Assembly (NCBI GenBank): GCA_964520875.1
Contig: CAZFQJ010000001.1
Coordinates: 1 to 30,986, forward strand
Reading direction: 5' to 3'
Length of the DNA: 30,986 bases
Source of the DNA: an uncultured Lachnospiraceae bacterium
Lineage (GTDB): Bacteria; Bacillota; Clostridia; Oscillospirales; CAG-272
Shown: positions 16,948 through 26,796 of the stretch, piece after piece
How the letters are laid out: every line of letters begins with the position of its first letter
How positions within the stretch are numbered: the first letter of the stretch is position 1
Translations under genes and position numbers: made by a program
The notes under the pieces: generated by a model
The model's input: only the letters and a program-made list of their open reading frames with translations
What the model was told of the DNA's origin: nothing
Database searches by the model: none

Positions 16948-17685
16948 TCAGGCTCTCCGAGCCTTTCTTACGTGATATGCGGCAAGCACCGCGACCGCGG
17001 ACGCGGAGATATATCCGACTATATACCGTACCGCAACGCTTAGGTATTCAAGCGCCCAATAGAACCATTCCTTTGCGTTTATCGGTGTGCCGAGAGCGGG
17101 GTCGAGAAAATCTCCGACCATTCTGTATACAAGAGCTATAAGACTTGCAACCGAGAACACCGTAACGGCTATCAGTACGCTTTTTATTACCGGATGCGAG
17201 AACATAAGAGGATTTGCCCTGTACGGCGCTATATTCAGCACCGTATCGTTTTTCTTTGAATATCCTAAAAGCAGTAAAAATATGACTCCGTATATAACTT
17301 CGGTCGCAACGACATCTAAAAACAACATAAATACCGCCGAAACTATATTGCTTCCTCCGCACGCTATGTAAGCAAACACAGAAGAAACGAAGCCTATCCC
17401 CTGACTCAGAAACATCAGAGCTATAACTCCGCGCGCGTTTGCGCCGAAATACGCGACCGCCACCGCCACAGATCCGAGTCCTATGTTGACCGCAACGACC
17501 GAGAGCCATTCTCTTAACGTCATTATAACGTCGCTCAGCCCCCCGTAGGCTATATCCCCTTCAACATAGAGCTGGACGACCTGCAAAATGAAATTATTCA
17601 AGAACGGCACGAACGCAAAAACGCCGATCGCGAGCCAGAACAGGTTCTTGTACATATAAACCTCTGAAAAAGAAGGTCTTCTCAT
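16948..17685 (-). CDS. Hypothetical integral membrane protein (about 6 TM)
   Basis: 245 aa; GGAG RBS; about six hydrophobic segments; no family recognised. Confidence 0.75.
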   Translation of the reverse strand: MRRPSFSEVYMYKNLFWLAIGVFAFVPFLNNFILQVVQLYVEGDIAYGGLSDVIMTLREWLSVVAVNIGLGSVAVAVAYFGANARGVIALMFLSQGIGFVSSVFAYIACGGSNIVSAVFMLFLDVVATEVIYGVIFLLLLGYSKKNDTVLNIAPYRANPLMFSHPVIKSVLIAVTVFSVASLIALVYRMVGDFLDPALGTPINAKEWFYWALEYLSVAVRYIVGYISASAVAVLAAYHVRKARRA

Positions 17686-17733
17686 CTATATCTCCGTTTC
17701 CGCGGCTCTAACCCATAAAAAGCCGCAAGGTCT

Positions 17734-18651
17734 TTACTTTATGTCGTTCAGATCGTAAGGCGTAAGCTGATATACGAAATAATTGAGCCAATTGGAAAAC
17801 AAAAGGTGCGCGTGCCCTCTCCACAGATTCTTAGGCGTTTTCGAAGGATCGTCGTCGGGAAAATAGTTTTCCGGAACGTCTATATCAAGGCCCTTATCCC
17901 TGTCTCTGAAATATTCCTTTGCCAAGGTATCGCTGTCATATTCCGCATGACCGGTAACGAAGAACATGCGGCTGTCGCGCGCAGATATTATGAACGCGCC
18001 GGCTTTTTCGGAGCTTGCGAGTATCTTTAAACGCTTCTCCTTCAGTATGTCCTCCGTCTTACATTCCGTATGACGAGAATGAGGCGCGAGGAACTGCTCG
18101 TCAAAGCCGCGCAGTATCGGGTGGTTCGGCTCTATCGCCTCATGCCTGTATACTCCGAAAAGCTTTTTATCAAGCTTGTACTTCGGAACGCCATAATGAT
18201 AATAAAGCGCCGCCTGCGCCGCCCAGCATATATGGAAAGTGGAAAACACATGAGTTTTCGACCACTCCATGACCCTGCAAAGCTCGGGCCAATAATCCAC
18301 CGCCTCAAACGGAAGCTCCTCGACGGGCGCTCCGGTTATTATGAGACCGTCGAATTTTTCATCGCATATATCGTCAAAATACTTATAAAAGGTCTCAAGG
18401 TGCTCCTTCGGTGTATTTTTCGACTCATGCGACGCGGTACGAAGCAGAGTGACCTCGACCTGAAGCGAGGTATTGGAAAGCAGACGAATGAGCTGAGTCT
18501 CGGTAACTATCTTAGTAGGCATAAGATTGAGTATAAGTATCCTAAGAGGACGTATGTCCTGCTTTTTTGCGCGAAGCTCGTTCATTACGAATATGTTTTC
18601 GTTTTCAAGGACGCCCACCGCCGGAAGTCCCTCGGGTATTTTTATAGGCAT
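17734..18651 (-). CDS. metA: Homoserine O-acetyltransferase (MetA family)
   Basis: [34 protein letters not shown] and TGHAEYD motifs. The Glu in GAPVE is the residue associated with acetyl-CoA preference, versus Gly in E. coli MetA. Confidence 0.95.
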   Translation of the reverse strand: MPIKIPEGLPAVGVLENENIFVMNELRAKKQDIRPLRILILNLMPTKIVTETQLIRLLSNTSLQVEVTLLRTASHESKNTPKEHLETFYKYFDDICDEKFDGLIITGAPVEELPFEAVDYWPELCRVMEWSKTHVFSTFHICWAAQAALYYHYGVPKYKLDKKLFGVYRHEAIEPNHPILRGFDEQFLAPHSRHTECKTEDILKEKRLKILASSEKAGAFIISARDSRMFFVTGHAEYDSDTLAKEYFRDRDKGLDIDVPENYFPDDDPSKTPKNLWRGHAHLLFSNWLNYFVYQLTPYDLNDIK

Positions 18652-18859
18652 ACGCTTCACCTCTCTTTAATGCATTACTTTTATTATAAACCAAATAATG
18701 AAAAATAGCAATACCCAAAAAAGTCTTTTTTGCCTTTTTAACAAAAATTTTGCCGTTTTCACATAAATAAAAGTATTTCCCGTATTTTTCTTGATATATA
18801 AGCGAGTTCTTACGCAAAAAATATCTTCGAAAAGAAATAACTTAAGGAAAACCTAAAGA

Positions 18860-21349
18860 ATGTCAAAAGAAAAGAAACCCGGATCTAAGGGAAAGATCTT
18901 TCGTTTTATCGGAACGTGCGCGCTCTGCGCCTTTCTCACTTTAGCGTTCTGCATAGCGGCATTTGCGATATATGTACAAAATTCACCCGATTTATCCGTA
19001 AACGAATTTTCCGTAATGGCAAAGGCGCAGGACCGCACGACCAAGCTATACTATATGTCATACACCGACAGAGCCTCGCGCACGGGACAGGCGGTAGAGC
19101 TTGAAGGCGAAGCGCTCTATCAAGATCAAAACAGAGAATGGATCCGTTACAAAAATATTCCTCCCGATCTTATAAACGCCTTCGTTTCGATAGAGGATCA
19201 CCGTTTTTTCGAACATAGCGGTATAGATATACGCCGAACCGCGGGTGCGATAATCGGCTTTATCACGGGCAAAAGCGGTTACGGCGGATCGACTCTTACC
19301 CAGCAGCTGATCAAAAATGTCACGGGCGACGACGAATACAGCGTAAACCGAAAGATAAAGGAGATCATACGCGCGCAAAGACTTGACCGCGAGCTTACCA
19401 AAGAAGAAATACTTGAGCTTTATCTTAATACGATATATCTGTCAAGCGGTTGCTACGGAATAGGGGCGGCGTCCGAGCGCTACTTTGGAAAGAATGCAGA
19501 CGACCTGACTCTCGCCGAATGTGCTTCTCTTGCCTGTATTCCCCAATCCCCTGCCAAATGGGATCCGTATCACAATCCGGAAAACAACGCCGAGCGAAGA
19601 AAGACCGTCCTTTACCGTATGTGTGAGCTTGGATATATAACCGATATTCAGTTAAGCGAAGCGCTTGACGACGAGGTATCGACCGTCAAAAGCCCGAAAA
19701 AAGCCGATAATTCGGGAGATATACGTTCATGGTACACGGAGTCGGTCATCGAAGAATCCTTACGTCTTTTGACCGAAAACGGAATAGCGAGTAGCCGCGC
19801 GACCGCCGCAAAGCTGCTCTATACCGGCGGACTTTCCGTCATAACCGCACAGGATCCGAAAATTCAACGCGCGGTGACCGATTATTTTGAAAACGCAACT
19901 CATTTCTATTCGTATTCGACGCTTATCCACCCCGAATGCTCCATGGTCGTGATCGATCCCCGAAACGGAGATATCCTTGCGTTAGCCGGAGCGACCGGAG
20001 AAAAGAAAATGAATCGCACGTTAAACTACGCGACCGGCACTCTGCGTTCTCCCGGCTCTTCCATAAAGCCTCTCTCCGTCTACGCGCCCGCAATAGATAA
20101 AGGGATCATAACCTACGGAACGGTAATAGACGATACGCCGGTAAGATTCGTAAACAACGGGCGCGATTCGCTCAGAGGTTGGCCGAGAAACTATCCTGAC
20201 GGATACAGAGGTCTGACAACGGTACGGGACGCCGTCGCCCGTTCCGTAAACACCGTCGCGGTAAAAACGCTGAACGCCGTCGGAAAAGAAGAATCCTTCT
20301 CCCTTCTGCACGATACAATGAACATGAAACACTTGGTCAGAGGAGAATCGCGTAACGGAAGTTTTTACACGGATATAGCCGACTCCCCTCTCGCACTCGG
20401 TCAGCTTACGCGCGGAGTTACGGTCTCGGAGATAACGGCGGGATATACCGCGCTCTGCAATAACGGTAATTTCAGCGAAGCAAGAACGGTACTGAAGATA
20501 CTGGATCAGGACGGAAATGTTCTCGTGGACAACATCAAAGCTCCGAAAAAGGTGTTTTCGGAGCAAACGGCAACGATAATGACAAAGCTCTTACAGAACG
20601 TCACTTCCGCCGGAACGGCTTCGTCCATGACCGCAAAAAGAGAGTTCGACTGCGCCGGAAAGACCGGTACGACGAGCAACGATCACGACCGTTGGTTCAT
20701 AGGCTACACTCCTGATCTTCTCGCCGGCGTATGGTTCGGCTATTCAAACCCGAAAAGCCTTACGGGATATTCTTCGTCTCCCGGTCCCGCGCTCTCCGCG
20801 TGGGACGACGTGATCAAGATCATAAACACGAGGGAATACCTCGGCAGAGAGCCTAAAAAGCATTTTACCGACGCCGAAGGCGTGGTAAGCGCGACGTATT
20901 GCCGAGATTCCGGCAAGCTGCTATCCGCCGCATGCATGTGCGATCCTCGCGGCTCCCGCGCCGAGACAGGTTATTTTACGCTTGAAACGCTCCCCGATTC
21001 GTACTGCGATTGTCACGTGCTCGTAAATTACGATCACGTCCACGGAGGCGTCGCCTGCTCGGAATGTCACCCGGGAAACTGCCGGCGCGTCGGACTTTTG
21101 AAAATCGAACGCGTATTCCCTCACGACGTCATAATAAGCGACGCTCAGTACACCTATCGTCCTCTCGGAAGCACCCCTCCGTGTCTGCTCTCCACCGAGC
21201 CGTTCTATCTTACCGCCGTTCCTCGCGGATATTCTCCCGGACACAGTCTTTCCGATTCTCCGTTCAACCGCTTATGCCCGTGTTATTTCGAAGACGAAGC
21301 AACCGATAACGACGATCCGTTTTACGAAGATAGCTTTTACGAGGATTAA
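18860..21349 (+). CDS. Class A penicillin-binding protein (PBP1A family) with Cys-rich C-terminal domain
   Basis: N-terminal TM; transglycosylase motifs EDHRF and GGSTLTQQLIKN; transpeptidase motifs SSIK, SVN and KTGT. Confidence 0.93.
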   Translation: MSKEKKPGSKGKIFRFIGTCALCAFLTLAFCIAAFAIYVQNSPDLSVNEFSVMAKAQDRTTKLYYMSYTDRASRTGQAVELEGEALYQDQNREWIRYKNIPPDLINAFVSIEDHRFFEHSGIDIRRTAGAIIGFITGKSGYGGSTLTQQLIKNVTGDDEYSVNRKIKEIIRAQRLDRELTKEEILELYLNTIYLSSGCYGIGAASERYFGKNADDLTLAECASLACIPQSPAKWDPYHNPENNAERRKTVLYRMCELGYITDIQLSEALDDEVSTVKSPKKADNSGDIRSWYTESVIEESLRLLTENGIASSRATAAKLLYTGGLSVITAQDPKIQRAVTDYFENATHFYSYSTLIHPECSMVVIDPRNGDILALAGATGEKKMNRTLNYATGTLRSPGSSIKPLSVYAPAIDKGIITYGTVIDDTPVRFVNNGRDSLRGWPRNYPDGYRGLTTVRDAVARSVNTVAVKTLNAVGKEESFSLLHDTMNMKHLVRGESRNGSFYTDIADSPLALGQLTRGVTVSEITAGYTALCNNGNFSEARTVLKILDQDGNVLVDNIKAPKKVFSEQTATIMTKLLQNVTSAGTASSMTAKREFDCAGKTGTTSNDHDRWFIGYTPDLLAGVWFGYSNPKSLTGYSSSPGPALSAWDDVIKIINTREYLGREPKKHFTDAEGVVSATYCRDSGKLLSAACMCDPRGSRAETGYFTLETLPDSYCDCHVLVNYDHVHGGVACSECHPGNCRRVGLLKIERVFPHDVIISDAQYTYRPLGSTPPCLLSTEPFYLTAVPRGYSPGHSLSDSPFNRLCPCYFEDEATDNDDPFYEDSFYED

Positions 21350-21357
21350 GCTTAATA

Positions 21358-21400
21358 TAAAAGTTCGGTCGGGCGCATATGCGCCCGGCCGAACTCTTTT
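21358..21400. terminator. Bidirectional terminator
   Basis: AAAAGTTCGGTCGGGCGC-atat-GCGCCCGGCCGAACTCTTTT between convergent genes. Confidence 0.85.
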
Positions 21401-21407
21401 ACATTTC

Positions 21408-22004
21408 TTATTTTATATATTCGCGTATCTTTAACGTAACGCCGAGATCATTTGCAATGACCTTACATTTTTCTATATCATCATCGGGAACCGAGCCGCG
21501 GACAACGCTCAGCATGACGTTCTTAACATGCTCCTTCGCCTTTACCGCAAAGTCAAGGAGCGCGTCGAACGCCGCTTCCCCGAAATCGGAATGGCATACA
21601 GAGTCATACTCCTTCGAGTTAGACGCGTTAAGACTGACGGAAACGGTATCTATCTTTCCCTCAAGCATAGGCGTAACGTCCTTTCCGTAGATAAGGTTCG
21701 TCTGACCGTTCGTATTTATCCTCGTTTTTATATCGCTTACCTTACGCACCTCTTCCGAGACCCACAAAAGCTCGTCAAGACGCATAGTAGGCTCGCCGTA
21801 TCCGCAGAAAACAAGCTCTGAATATTTACCGAGATCTCTTTCGAATATCGAAGAAAGTATCTCCTCCTTCGTAGGCTCTCGGTCGAGCCAAAGCTCTCCG
21901 TATGTACCGTCGGCAACGCTCCTTACGCAAAATTCGCACGCGTTCGTACATCTGTTCGTAAGGTTAACGTAAAGCCCGTCTCCCACCTCGTATGTTACAG
22001 TCAT
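21408..22004 (-). CDS. Radical SAM protein, TatD-family-associated type
   Basis: Start at ATG 22004; LYVNLTNRCTNACEFC (CxxxCxxC), VFCGYGEP, RINTNGQ and VSVSLNA motifs. Confidence 0.85.
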   Translation of the reverse strand: MTVTYEVGDGLYVNLTNRCTNACEFCVRSVADGTYGELWLDREPTKEEILSSIFERDLGKYSELVFCGYGEPTMRLDELLWVSEEVRKVSDIKTRINTNGQTNLIYGKDVTPMLEGKIDTVSVSLNASNSKEYDSVCHSDFGEAAFDALLDFAVKAKEHVKNVMLSVVRGSVPDDDIEKCKVIANDLGVTLKIREYIK

Positions 22005-22032
22005 TTGCAAGCCGTTCCTTTCATAAAAGCGC

Positions 22033-23061
22033 TTAAAGCAGATCCGCGACCTCAAGTATGAGCTTCTCGGTCTTTTCCCAGCCAAGACACGGGTCGGTTA
22101 TCGACTTTCCGTATACGCCTTCGCCTATCTTCTGACAACCGTCCTCAATGTAGCTCTCTATCATAAATCCTTTGACGAGCTTCGCTATATCCTCGTTATG
22201 TCTGCACGAATGGAGGACCTCCTTACAAATACGCGGCTGCTCGGCATATTTCTTTCCGGAATTGGCGTGATTCGTATCCACTATTACCGCGGGGTTTACA
22301 AGCTCGGTCTTCGCGTAGGTTTCCGCAAGATGCGCCAGATCCTCGTAATGGTAGTTCGGAAGGCTCTGACCGTGCTTATTTACGTAACCGCGAAGTATCG
22401 CATGAGCACAGGGGTTTCCGGAAGTTGTGACCTCCCAGCCTCTGTATATAAACGAATGAGCGTGCTGGGCCGCGGTGATCGAATTCATCATAACGGATAT
22501 GTCTCCGCCCGTCGGATTCTTCATTCCGACCGGAACGTCTATACCGCTTGCAACGAGCCTATGCTCCTGGTTTTCGACCGAACGCGCGCCGATCGCAACG
22601 TAAGAGATGAGATCGGAAAGATATCTGTAATTCGAAGGATAGAGCATCTCGTCGGCGGTAGGCATACCTGTCTCCGTAAGCACTCTCGTATGGAGATTTC
22701 TTATGGCAAGCAGACCCTTATACATATCCGGACTGCCCATGGGATCGGGCTGATGAAGCATGCCCTTATATCCGTCTCCCGTCGTTCTCGGCTTATTCGT
22801 ATATATCCTCGGAACGAGTATAAGCTTTTCGGCTACCTTTTCCTGAACGCCCTTAAGACGGTAAACATAATCCATGACCGACTCCTCGTTATCCGCAGAG
22901 CAAGGACCGATTATAAGAAGCTTCTTGTCCGACTTTCCGGTCATTACGTCGCGTATCGCGATATCGTTAAGCTCCTTTTGACGCTCCGCTTTCTCGGATA
23001 CGGGATATTTCTCCTTGGTATCTAACGGGATCGGTAATTTTCTTATAAACTGCATTGGCAT
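22033..23061 (-). CDS. aroF: 3-deoxy-7-phosphoheptulonate (DAHP) synthase, class I-alpha
   Basis: IIGPCS, KPRT, IGARS, VGMKNP, DTNHANS and SITDPCLGW motifs; GAAAGGA RBS before ATG 23061. The paralog letter (aroF/G/H) cannot be determined. Confidence 0.93.
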   Translation of the reverse strand: MPMQFIRKLPIPLDTKEKYPVSEKAERQKELNDIAIRDVMTGKSDKKLLIIGPCSADNEESVMDYVYRLKGVQEKVAEKLILVPRIYTNKPRTTGDGYKGMLHQPDPMGSPDMYKGLLAIRNLHTRVLTETGMPTADEMLYPSNYRYLSDLISYVAIGARSVENQEHRLVASGIDVPVGMKNPTGGDISVMMNSITAAQHAHSFIYRGWEVTTSGNPCAHAILRGYVNKHGQSLPNYHYEDLAHLAETYAKTELVNPAVIVDTNHANSGKKYAEQPRICKEVLHSCRHNEDIAKLVKGFMIESYIEDGCQKIGEGVYGKSITDPCLGWEKTEKLILEVADLL

Positions 23062-23097
23062 TGTAGTACACTTCCTTTCGATCGAACGCCGTTTTTT

Positions 23098-23127
23098 ATT
23101 ATAGTACTTTACACACGTTCTTGTCAA
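23098..23127 (-). promoter_or_regulatory. Sigma-A promoter for the DAHP synthase gene
   Basis: TTGACA-18 nt-TATAAT. Confidence 0.7.
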
Positions 23128-23188
23128 GTGGATTTTGCAAAATGTTACATTTCAAACGCATTATTATTCACTTTTTTGCCTTACCCTT

Positions 23189-23644
23189 TCATATCCTTGA
23201 GCGAAGCGCACCGAAAAAAGCCGTCATAAGCTCCCTCGACTCATTTTCCATTAGTCCGAACTCAGTCTTTGTCTTGTGATTTAAAGGGTATGAATTCATG
23301 TTCAGCACCGAACGAAGCGCCCCTGACTTTGCGTCCGAAAGCGCCACGACCACTCTGTCTATCCTCGCGTTTATCAGACCTCCCGCGCACATCGGACAGG
23401 GTTCAAGCGTAACGTACATCGTACATTCTGGCAGTCGCCAGCCGCCGAGCGTTCTGCACGCCTCGTTTATAGCTTCTATCTCTGCATGCGCGAGCGCGTT
23501 CTTCGCTTTTTCTCTTCTGTTTCGTCCTCTGCCGACTATCTTTCCGCCATGGACCACCACCGCGCCGACCGGTACCTCTCCGTCGAGCGCCGCTTCTTTT
23601 GCAAGCTCAAGCGCCGCTTGCATAAATATTACATCGTTTTCCAT
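23189..23644 (-). CDS. tadA: tRNA-specific adenosine deaminase
   Basis: GEVPVGAVVV, HAE and TLEPCPMCAG motifs; 151 aa. Confidence 0.92.
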   Translation of the reverse strand: MENDVIFMQAALELAKEAALDGEVPVGAVVVHGGKIVGRGRNRREKAKNALAHAEIEAINEACRTLGGWRLPECTMYVTLEPCPMCAGGLINARIDRVVVALSDAKSGALRSVLNMNSYPLNHKTKTEFGLMENESRELMTAFFGALRSRI

Positions 23645-23663
23645 ATCTTCCGTAATTTCTCCG

Positions 23664-24545
23664 CTAAATAATATTCAGTATAGCTATAAGCAGCGCCGAT
23701 ACCGCGTATATCGCCGTTCCGGCGTTCAAAAAGCTTTTTATCTCCGTTTTAGGCTCGTCCGAGCGCGCAGGACCGTTCTTCTTTTCCGACAAGATAAAAT
23801 AAACCGCTCCGCATATAGCCGTCACCGATAGCACGATATATGCAATGTTCGACGCAAAAGAAACCTTTTCCGCGTCTCCGAATGTCCGAAGCGCTTCGAA
23901 AACGAACGTGAACAGATTCGAAGAAAAATGCAACATGACAGCATAAATAATCGAACCCGTCCTTAGGTAAAATGCGGAGATCACTATCCCCGCGGCGAAC
24001 GCATACGGTATCTGCAAAAAATTACAATGCATTATCGAAAACAAAGCTGCGGAGACGAGCACCTTCGCTGTTCCTCCGCACCCTTCAAGCGCATGCATGA
24101 CGACATACCGAAAAAGTATCTCCTCGGTTATCGCCGCCAGAAGAACGCTCCCCAAAAACATAAAAACAAACTCACCCGCATTCGCCGAAACGGTACTTTC
24201 GGGAACTTGCATGCCGAAAACAGACATCGCCTTTTCGGTCATGCCTCCGACCGTATTCACGGCGACCGAGATAAACGAAAACGCGAACAGAAATTCAAGC
24301 GCGCCGACGGCGTTCTTTTGTATCGGCTTTTCTTTGCGCTTCGGCTCATATCCCGTGATTTTAAAATAGACGACCGTCGGCACTCCGAACCTTATCACCT
24401 TGAAAACGAGCGAAACAATGTCACGGATCGAACCCGCAAACGAAAAAATGAGCGCGGACGTCACGAGCTGAAGCAGTATATAGAGCGAAAGAGCGATGCC
24501 GAGCGCGTTCGCTCTCTTCGAATTTTCCGTATAGTCTTTTTGCAT
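23664..24545 (-). CDS. CPBP family intramembrane glutamic endopeptidase (CAAX/Abi)
   Basis: EEILFR, FSIMH and MLHFSSN motifs; multi-TM. Confidence 0.9.
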   Translation of the reverse strand: MQKDYTENSKRANALGIALSLYILLQLVTSALIFSFAGSIRDIVSLVFKVIRFGVPTVVYFKITGYEPKRKEKPIQKNAVGALEFLFAFSFISVAVNTVGGMTEKAMSVFGMQVPESTVSANAGEFVFMFLGSVLLAAITEEILFRYVVMHALEGCGGTAKVLVSAALFSIMHCNFLQIPYAFAAGIVISAFYLRTGSIIYAVMLHFSSNLFTFVFEALRTFGDAEKVSFASNIAYIVLSVTAICGAVYFILSEKKNGPARSDEPKTEIKSFLNAGTAIYAVSALLIAILNII

Positions 24546-24618
24546 GATATAACCTTTCCTGCATTTATCCGTTTATTGAATATTTTTACGGGAACTAAAG
24601 GTAAAACCGCGATAATAC

Positions 24619-24647
24619 TTGATTCGGGGGCGTTTTTCTGCTATAAT
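24619..24647 (+). promoter_or_regulatory. Sigma-A promoter for the M23 gene
   Basis: TTGATT-17 nt-TATAAT with a TGn extension. Confidence 0.7.
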
Positions 24648-24727
24648 CTAAACACGTTTTCACGCTATTTCGGCATGAAGAAAACATAAGATCACCTTAC
24701 CCCAAGCTCAAGAAAGGACGGCACGAT

Positions 24728-25735
24728 ATGCCTATCGGAAAAGCTCCGTACAAACACCTTACCGCCATACTGATACTTGCCTTCACGGCGTTTTTTGCCT
24801 CATGTTCGGCAAACGAACCTCCCGACGCCTCCGAGCAGATTGCGAAAGCTTCCGCATACATACTGACGATAGACGAAAACGAAGTCGCCTTCATCGAAAG
24901 CTCCGTGACCGCAGAGAATATAGTATCTCTGCTCACGACCATAAAAACGGACGAGATTAAAAAAAGCGGAAAATCGCCCGTATCCGTTTCCGTAAACAGT
25001 AAAGTGGAAATAACGCAGACGTTCTGCGACGAAAACGAGATAAAATCTCCCGAAACGGCGATAGAAGACTACAAAAACAGCGGCGGAATGATCTCGTATA
25101 CGGTGACGCTCAGCGAAAGCGTCACCGAAGCCATACCGTTTGATACTGTATATAAAAACTCTTCCGCATATTACGAGGGAGAAAAAATAACCTCCGTATC
25201 CGGAAAAAACGGCGAAAAGCTGCTTACATACAACGTAACATACAAAAACGAAAGTGAAAGCTCGCGCGTTCTCGTTTCCGAGAAAGAGCTTTCGCCCGCA
25301 ACCGACAAGGTGATCCTGATCGGAACCAAAAAGTCTACCGCGTCTACCGGAAAATACCTCTTTCCTCTAAAAAACATGTACGTTACGTCAAGCTACGGCG
25401 GAAGATATCTGAATTCCGAGTACGACTTTCATCTCGGCGTAGACCTGCGCGCCGCAAAAGGAACGAATGTTTACGCTTCCGACGGCGGAGAGGTCATATA
25501 TTCGGGATACATGGGAAGCTACGGTTATCTCATAAAGATACGTCATGACAACGGAGACGTAACGTATTACGCACATCTAAGCTCCCTCGGAGTAAAAAAA
25601 GGCGTGCGAGTCTATCAGGGACAATGCATAGCCAAGAGCGGAGCTACCGGAAACGTAACGGGCGCACATCTGCATTTTGAGATACGCCGCAACGGAAAAA
25701 CGGTAAACCCTTTAACGCTGTTACCGAATTTCTGA
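24728..25735 (+). CDS. M23 family peptidase lipoprotein with G5 domain
   Basis: Lipobox FFAS-C26; G5-like segment (EAIPFDTVY...GKNGEK...PATDKVILIGTK); HLGVD, YAHL and HLHFE motifs. Confidence 0.9.
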   Translation: MPIGKAPYKHLTAILILAFTAFFASCSANEPPDASEQIAKASAYILTIDENEVAFIESSVTAENIVSLLTTIKTDEIKKSGKSPVSVSVNSKVEITQTFCDENEIKSPETAIEDYKNSGGMISYTVTLSESVTEAIPFDTVYKNSSAYYEGEKITSVSGKNGEKLLTYNVTYKNESESSRVLVSEKELSPATDKVILIGTKKSTASTGKYLFPLKNMYVTSSYGGRYLNSEYDFHLGVDLRAAKGTNVYASDGGEVIYSGYMGSYGYLIKIRHDNGDVTYYAHLSSLGVKKGVRVYQGQCIAKSGATGNVTGAHLHFEIRRNGKTVNPLTLLPNF

Positions 25736-25758
25736 CCAGAAAACGTTCAAGTATATAA

Positions 25759-26721
25759 TTATTTTTCGGAGGCATGATATTTCATGCCCTGCATACTGTT
25801 ACGTCTGAAAAGCTCTTTGTCTATCTCGTTCTGCAAGACGAGCTTTTTGCGGCTCCATAGCGGCGCTATGAGCATATCCTCCGCGCCGTCTCCGGAAACA
25901 CGTTCGATAACGGTCTCGGGCGGCAAAAGTTCAAGCTCGTCGCAAACAAGAGAAACATATTCCTCGCGCTCCATTACCTCGATCTCTCCCCGAGAATACT
26001 GTTTTTCCATTTCCGTACCCTTAAGGATATGCAGAAGGTGTAGCTTTACCGCCCAGGGACGAAGCTCGGCAATCTTCTTAACGGTCGTAAGCATCATGTC
26101 CTTGCTCTCACCCGGAAGACCGTTTATTATATGTACGCAAACGCGCAGTCCCTCCAAAAGCTCACACGCCTTAAGGAAATCCGAATATTCGCAGCATCTG
26201 TTTATACTGCGCGCGGTACTGTCGTGCACCGTTTGAAGTCCAAGCTCCACGAATATCTCATGCCCGCGCGAAAGCTCCTTCAGATACAGAGCCGTTTCGG
26301 CATTTATGCAATCGGGACGGGTGGATATACACAGTCCCGCGCTTTCGGGATAGGAAAGCGCCTCGGAATACAGCTTTTTCAAGGTATCAAGCGGAGCATA
26401 TGTGCCGGTAAACGACTGAAAATACGGTATAAGAGCCGCGTCATTCCACTTTTTACGCATCATTAGCGCTCCGCGCTCTATCTGCTCGGTTATCGAATAT
26501 TCTCTTCCGGCGGCAAACTCTCCGCTACCCTTGCCCGAACAGAATGTACAACCGCCCACTCCCTTGCTTCCGTCGCGGTTCGGACAGGTAAAGCCGCCGT
26601 CAACAGGTATCTTGCACGCCTTACCGCCGAAGATCTGCCGCATGGCATAGTCCATGGTATGATAACGCTTATTGTCGTCGGAATACGGGAAAGGGTTTAT
26701 GCTTTTTTGAGTTATTTTCAT
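25759..26721 (-). CDS. Radical SAM protein, TIGR01212 (YhcC/YtqA) family
   Basis: GFTCPNRDG...GCTFC, YFQSFT, TRPDC, ELGLQT, HIINGLPGE and VKLHLLHILKGT motifs. Confidence 0.9.
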   Translation of the reverse strand: MKITQKSINPFPYSDDNKRYHTMDYAMRQIFGGKACKIPVDGGFTCPNRDGSKGVGGCTFCSGKGSGEFAAGREYSITEQIERGALMMRKKWNDAALIPYFQSFTGTYAPLDTLKKLYSEALSYPESAGLCISTRPDCINAETALYLKELSRGHEIFVELGLQTVHDSTARSINRCCEYSDFLKACELLEGLRVCVHIINGLPGESKDMMLTTVKKIAELRPWAVKLHLLHILKGTEMEKQYSRGEIEVMEREEYVSLVCDELELLPPETVIERVSGDGAEDMLIAPLWSRKKLVLQNEIDKELFRRNSMQGMKYHASEK

Positions 26722-26748
26722 TTTTTCACACCGATATGATATCAAATC

Positions 26749-26788
26749 AAACAGAGCCCCGCGCTTTACAAACGCGAGGCTCCGTTTT
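26749..26788 (-). terminator. Terminator after the 913-aa gene
   Basis: Minus strand: ACGGAGCCTCGCG...CGCGGGGCTCTGT-TTGATTT; the two G-U wobbles fit only the minus-strand RNA. Confidence 0.75.
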
Positions 26789-26796
26789 TGCGTCGA

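Noticed and set aside
24675-24689. MKKT mini-ORF upstream of the M23 gene as a possible frameshifted signal peptide
   Set aside because: The M23 ORF has its own RBS, start and complete lipoprotein signal; the mini-ORF has no RBS.
6191-25735. lnt, lgt variant, CPBP protease and two lipoproteins as one lipoprotein-processing island
   Set aside because: They are spread over 20 kb in separate transcription units among housekeeping genes, and no lspA is present; co-location is probably chance.
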